Assembly: GCA_963518235.1 (NCBI GenBank)
Contig: CAUQIP010000007.1
Coordinates: forward strand, 5,526-69,525
Length of the DNA stretch: 64,000 nt
Origin: an uncultured Streptococcus sp.
Lineage (GTDB): Bacteria; Bacillota; Bacilli; Lactobacillales; Streptococcaceae
Direction of reading: 5' to 3'
Shown: in pieces, positions 61,307 through 64,000 of the stretch
How positions within the stretch are numbered: the stretch's first letter is position 1
Layout: each line of letters begins with the position of its first letter
Position numbers and translations under genes: made by a program
The notes under the pieces: model-generated
Databases searched by the model: none
What the model was told of the DNA's origin: nothing
What the model saw: the letters and a program-made list of their open reading frames with translations, nothing else

Positions 61307-64000
61307 TTAGTTTATTTTTTCCTTACTTACAGATGAAGGATTACTACCTTTTAACAACGCAAGTAATTTTTCTGCTTCTGTCATGATACCATTATTATCC
61401 ATGGTTTGGAGACTTAAGTTATTTCGTAAACCAGCTAGGGTTTCAGTTGCATTGGCTTTCAAACTCGCATCAGTCACTTTAGCAAGTAAAGCTTCTGCTT
61501 CTTTGAGCTTGGCTTCTACTTTTTCAGTCTCTACTTGAGGGACTTCTGGCTCAGCAGGTGTTTCCTCTACTGGCTCTTCATCTGCTTTGAAGTTCTTATT
61601 CGGATCTTCACTGTGGTCTTTCTTACCTAAGACATGCTCGCTGGCATTGCCCCATCCATCATTAGAATGTGGACGTTCGTCAGGATGTTCAACATAATAC
61701 TTAATCGTCGCAAATAAATCTTCCAAGGTATAACCATTTGGAGCCTTGTAGGAGTGATCATCAAACCAAGCAAATTTAATGTTGTGGTAATGATCCTTAT
61801 GAGGAATGATTAAATTACCATTTTTTATCTCAACTGTATGCTCAACCATGTATGGAAGTCGAACGAGTGGAATTCGTTTCTCACCTTTCACACGATTGTA
61901 AATGGCCGCTGCACTATCTCCAGTTGGATTTGCTTGAGCATCTGCGTCTGGAGATGGAGGTAGAATTCCTTTTTCTTTAGTATAAGATTGAGCAGCTGCT
62001 TTTTCCTTATCAGAAAGGCTATCTTTTCCAATCCAGTGACTATGACCCATATGAGGCGTTACATAGGCATCTCCTTCATCACTGATAATATCATGTTCGT
62101 CAAAAATGTAGCCATCTGAGGTTGTATACTTATCAGCTAATTGTGCAATACGGACTTCGTTTTCGGTATATTCAATTTGAGAATTTGGTTTACCAAGTCG
62201 CTCTGGATGAGTAATTGGTGCTAAGAATGCCAATAAATCATCTACTAATTTTCCTTTATTAGAAGATTCATCATTCAAGCGTTCTGCTAATTTGTCTAAG
62301 GCTTGGAAATCAGAAGTACGACCCTTATTTTCAGACAAGGCTTTATGAGCCTCGGCCAATAAATTATATGCTTTATCATAAAATTCTTGGTCACGAGGTG
62401 GTACATTTTCTTTCTTCGCAACTAGATTATGTGTTTCTTGAGTTTTCTTAGACAAGAAATTTTCAATAGCATCAATCTTATCCTTGGCCAAATCTTTAGC
62501 AAGAACATAACGACTGACTCCCTTATCCTCGAAAACATAACCGTCGCCAACTTTTCTAACAACCTGGTTGACATCAAATTCAGTCGGTTTATTTTCCGCT
62601 GGCGCTTGAGGTTTGGTAGTAGGGGCTGGCTTCAAAGGAGTGACACTTGGCAAGACACTACCATTTTGTCCCTTAACAGCTATCATACGAGCCAATTTTT
62701 CTTCCAAAGGTGACATTTGTGAATAAGGAATAAAGTGATAATGGTCTCCGTGAGGCACTGCGACACCATTTGCAGTACGTTTGATGATTTGTGCTGGATC
62801 AAAGACGAGTCCATCAGATTCTACATGGCGTTCTGACAAAGGTTTGGCATACAATTCACGTAAGAGTGTTGGAATATCTTCCCCTTGATTTTGATGATAA
62901 GTTGGCGTGACAGTCAGGTTTGGAGTCTCTGTCAAACTTGGTTGGGCTGGTTTAGCACTATCACTATTTGGTTTACTTGAACTTGTAGCAGAATGAGAAC
63001 TCTGTTTACCATTCCAATAAGCTTGGGCTGCAGCCAATTCTCCTGCTGACAAATCACTCTTAGGTATATAGTGGAAATGATTTCCATGCGGTACGACAAA
63101 AGCGTCTCCTGTATCTTCAATCACATCTGTCGGACTAAAGACATACCCATCATCAGTTGTATAGGCTCCTCCAGTTGCTCTATTCGGTGTCGGCTTATTG
63201 AGATTAAAGTTTGGTTTAATGGTTGAGCTTGGTGTTGAACTTGGTTTCTCAGGACTACTTGGTTTCGTACTGTCAGAATGACTTTGAACTGGCTGACCTC
63301 CAATTGGAAGATTTCGAGCCAATTTTTCTTCCAAGGCAGACATTTGCGAATAAGGAATGAAATGGAAATGATCTCCGTGAGGAACTGCCACACCATTGGC
63401 AGTACGTTTTGTAATCTGTGCTGGGTCAAATACTAATCCATCAGACTCCACATGACGTTGGCTAAGTGGCAAAGCGTACAATTCTTGAAGGAGACTATCC
63501 AAGTCCTCATTTTGACTCTCAGGAGCTGTTGCAGGATTTTGAGGAGTCTCAGCTTGACTCGTTCTCACACTAGCTCTTGTTTCAGCTCTGCTTGAACGAT
63601 ATTCAACCGTACTCAACTGGCCACCTTTTCCAGATAAGAAGGCTTGGGCAGCAGCCAATTCACTGGCAGACAAATCACTCTTAGGAATATAGTGGAAGTG
63701 ATTGCCATGAGGAACGATATAGGCATCGCCCGTATCTTCGATGATATCAGATGCGTTGAAGATATAACCGTCATCCGTTGTATAACGTCCTTGAGCTCTG
63801 GCTGCAACTACCGCCTGATCGTTAGAACCGCCTCCATGATTATGACTATGTTCCTGCTTCTGACGTTTAATCTCTTCTTTTGTACGAATATTGTCCGCAT
63901 GAGCCGCATCTTTAAGGTAAACATAGTATTTACCATCTACCTTAATGACATAGCCACCCTTGATTTCATTGACAATGTCGGAATCCTTCAACTGATAATT
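61307..64000 (-). CDS. Histidine-triad surface protein, mosaic Pht paralog; its 5' end lies beyond the window
   Basis: The frame stays open to the window end, and the ORF-track M at 63991 is really an internal Leu (NYQLKDSDIV). Six triads are visible, and one more is expected in the missing N-terminus by homology with the neighbouring gene. Confidence 0.85.
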   Translation of the reverse strand, partial: NYQLKDSDIVNEIKGGYVIKVDGKYYVYLKDAAHADNIRTKEEIKRQKQEHSHNHGGGSNDQAVVAARAQGRYTTDDGYIFNASDIIEDTGDAYIVPHGNHFHYIPKSDLSASELAAAQAFLSGKGGQLSTVEYRSSRAETRASVRTSQAETPQNPATAPESQNEDLDSLLQELYALPLSQRHVESDGLVFDPAQITKRTANGVAVPHGDHFHFIPYSQMSALEEKLARNLPIGGQPVQSHSDSTKPSSPEKPSSTPSSTIKPNFNLNKPTPNRATGGAYTTDDGYVFSPTDVIEDTGDAFVVPHGNHFHYIPKSDLSAGELAAAQAYWNGKQSSHSATSSSKPNSDSAKPAQPSLTETPNLTVTPTYHQNQGEDIPTLLRELYAKPLSERHVESDGLVFDPAQIIKRTANGVAVPHGDHYHFIPYSQMSPLEEKLARMIAVKGQNGSVLPSVTPLKPAPTTKPQAPAENKPTEFDVNQVVRKVGDGYVFEDKGVSRYVLAKDLAKDKIDAIENFLSKKTQETHNLVAKKENVPPRDQEFYDKAYNLLAEAHKALSENKGRTSDFQALDKLAERLNDESSNKGKLVDDLLAFLAPITHPERLGKPNSQIEYTENEVRIAQLADKYTTSDGYIFDEHDIISDEGDAYVTPHMGHSHWIGKDSLSDKEKAAAQSYTKEKGILPPSPDADAQANPTGDSAAAIYNRVKGEKRIPLVRLPYMVEHTVEIKNGNLIIPHKDHYHNIKFAWFDDHSYKAPNGYTLEDLFATIKYYVEHPDERPHSNDGWGNASEHVLGKKDHSEDPNKNFKADEEPVEETPAEPEVPQVETEKVEAKLKEAEALLAKVTDASLKANATETLAGLRNNLSLQTMDNNGIMTEAEKLLALLKGSNPSSVSKEKIN
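62232..62706 (-). repeat. 475-bp tract identical to 59678..60152
   Basis: Offset of 2554 nt. The identical antisense ORFs 59875..60159 and 62429..62713 in the ORF track confirm the identity. Confidence 0.85.

Overview
This window looks like a chromosomal segment from a mitis-group Streptococcus, with gene content and order resembling S. pneumoniae/S. mitis; that assignment is from memory, not a search. Nearly the whole window is coding and most genes are on the minus strand. In order, it contains: rexB and the 5' part of rexA; a HAD phosphatase; an ABC-2 exporter next to a convergent two-component system; a six-gene polyamine operon (aguB, aguA, nspC, a carboxynorspermidine-dehydrogenase-like gene, speE, a PLP decarboxylase) behind a long structured leader; a VIT-family transporter; an orphan BceAB-type peptide-resistance transporter; pspC-like, sprT-like and tex genes; an ArsP-like permease with a DUF1980 partner; a Phd/Doc toxin-antitoxin pair; accessory genes (hydrolases, GH13 neopullulanase, dagK, orphan ORFs, CPBP protease); the rlmD to glyA, tsaC, prmC, prfA, tdk block; mnmE; dapA-asd with the asd RNA motif; tRNA-Thr; queT with a preQ1-II riboswitch; gtrA-like, mscL, hemH and pepT genes; and three tandem histidine-triad (Pht) surface-protein genes, the two whose upstream regions lie inside the window each having its own AdcR-box promoter. 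No CRISPR array, transposase, integrase or rRNA gene was seen. The observations most worth a second look are: (1) repeated fragments of the rlmD 3' end that delimit AT-rich gene modules, suggesting serial integration scars; (2) mosaicism in the pht array, namely a 475-bp identical tract between paralogs, a 207-aa two-triad module duplication, and a 74-aa tandem repeat with a poly-His tract; (3) a leader of about 390 nt with an intrinsic terminator upstream of the polyamine operon that matches no riboswitch class I recognise; (4) a strongly promoted small-RNA candidate upstream of tex; and (5) a BceR-type operator plus a 36-codon uORF upstream of the orphan BceAB genes. All coordinates and structures were derived by eye and no database search was possible.
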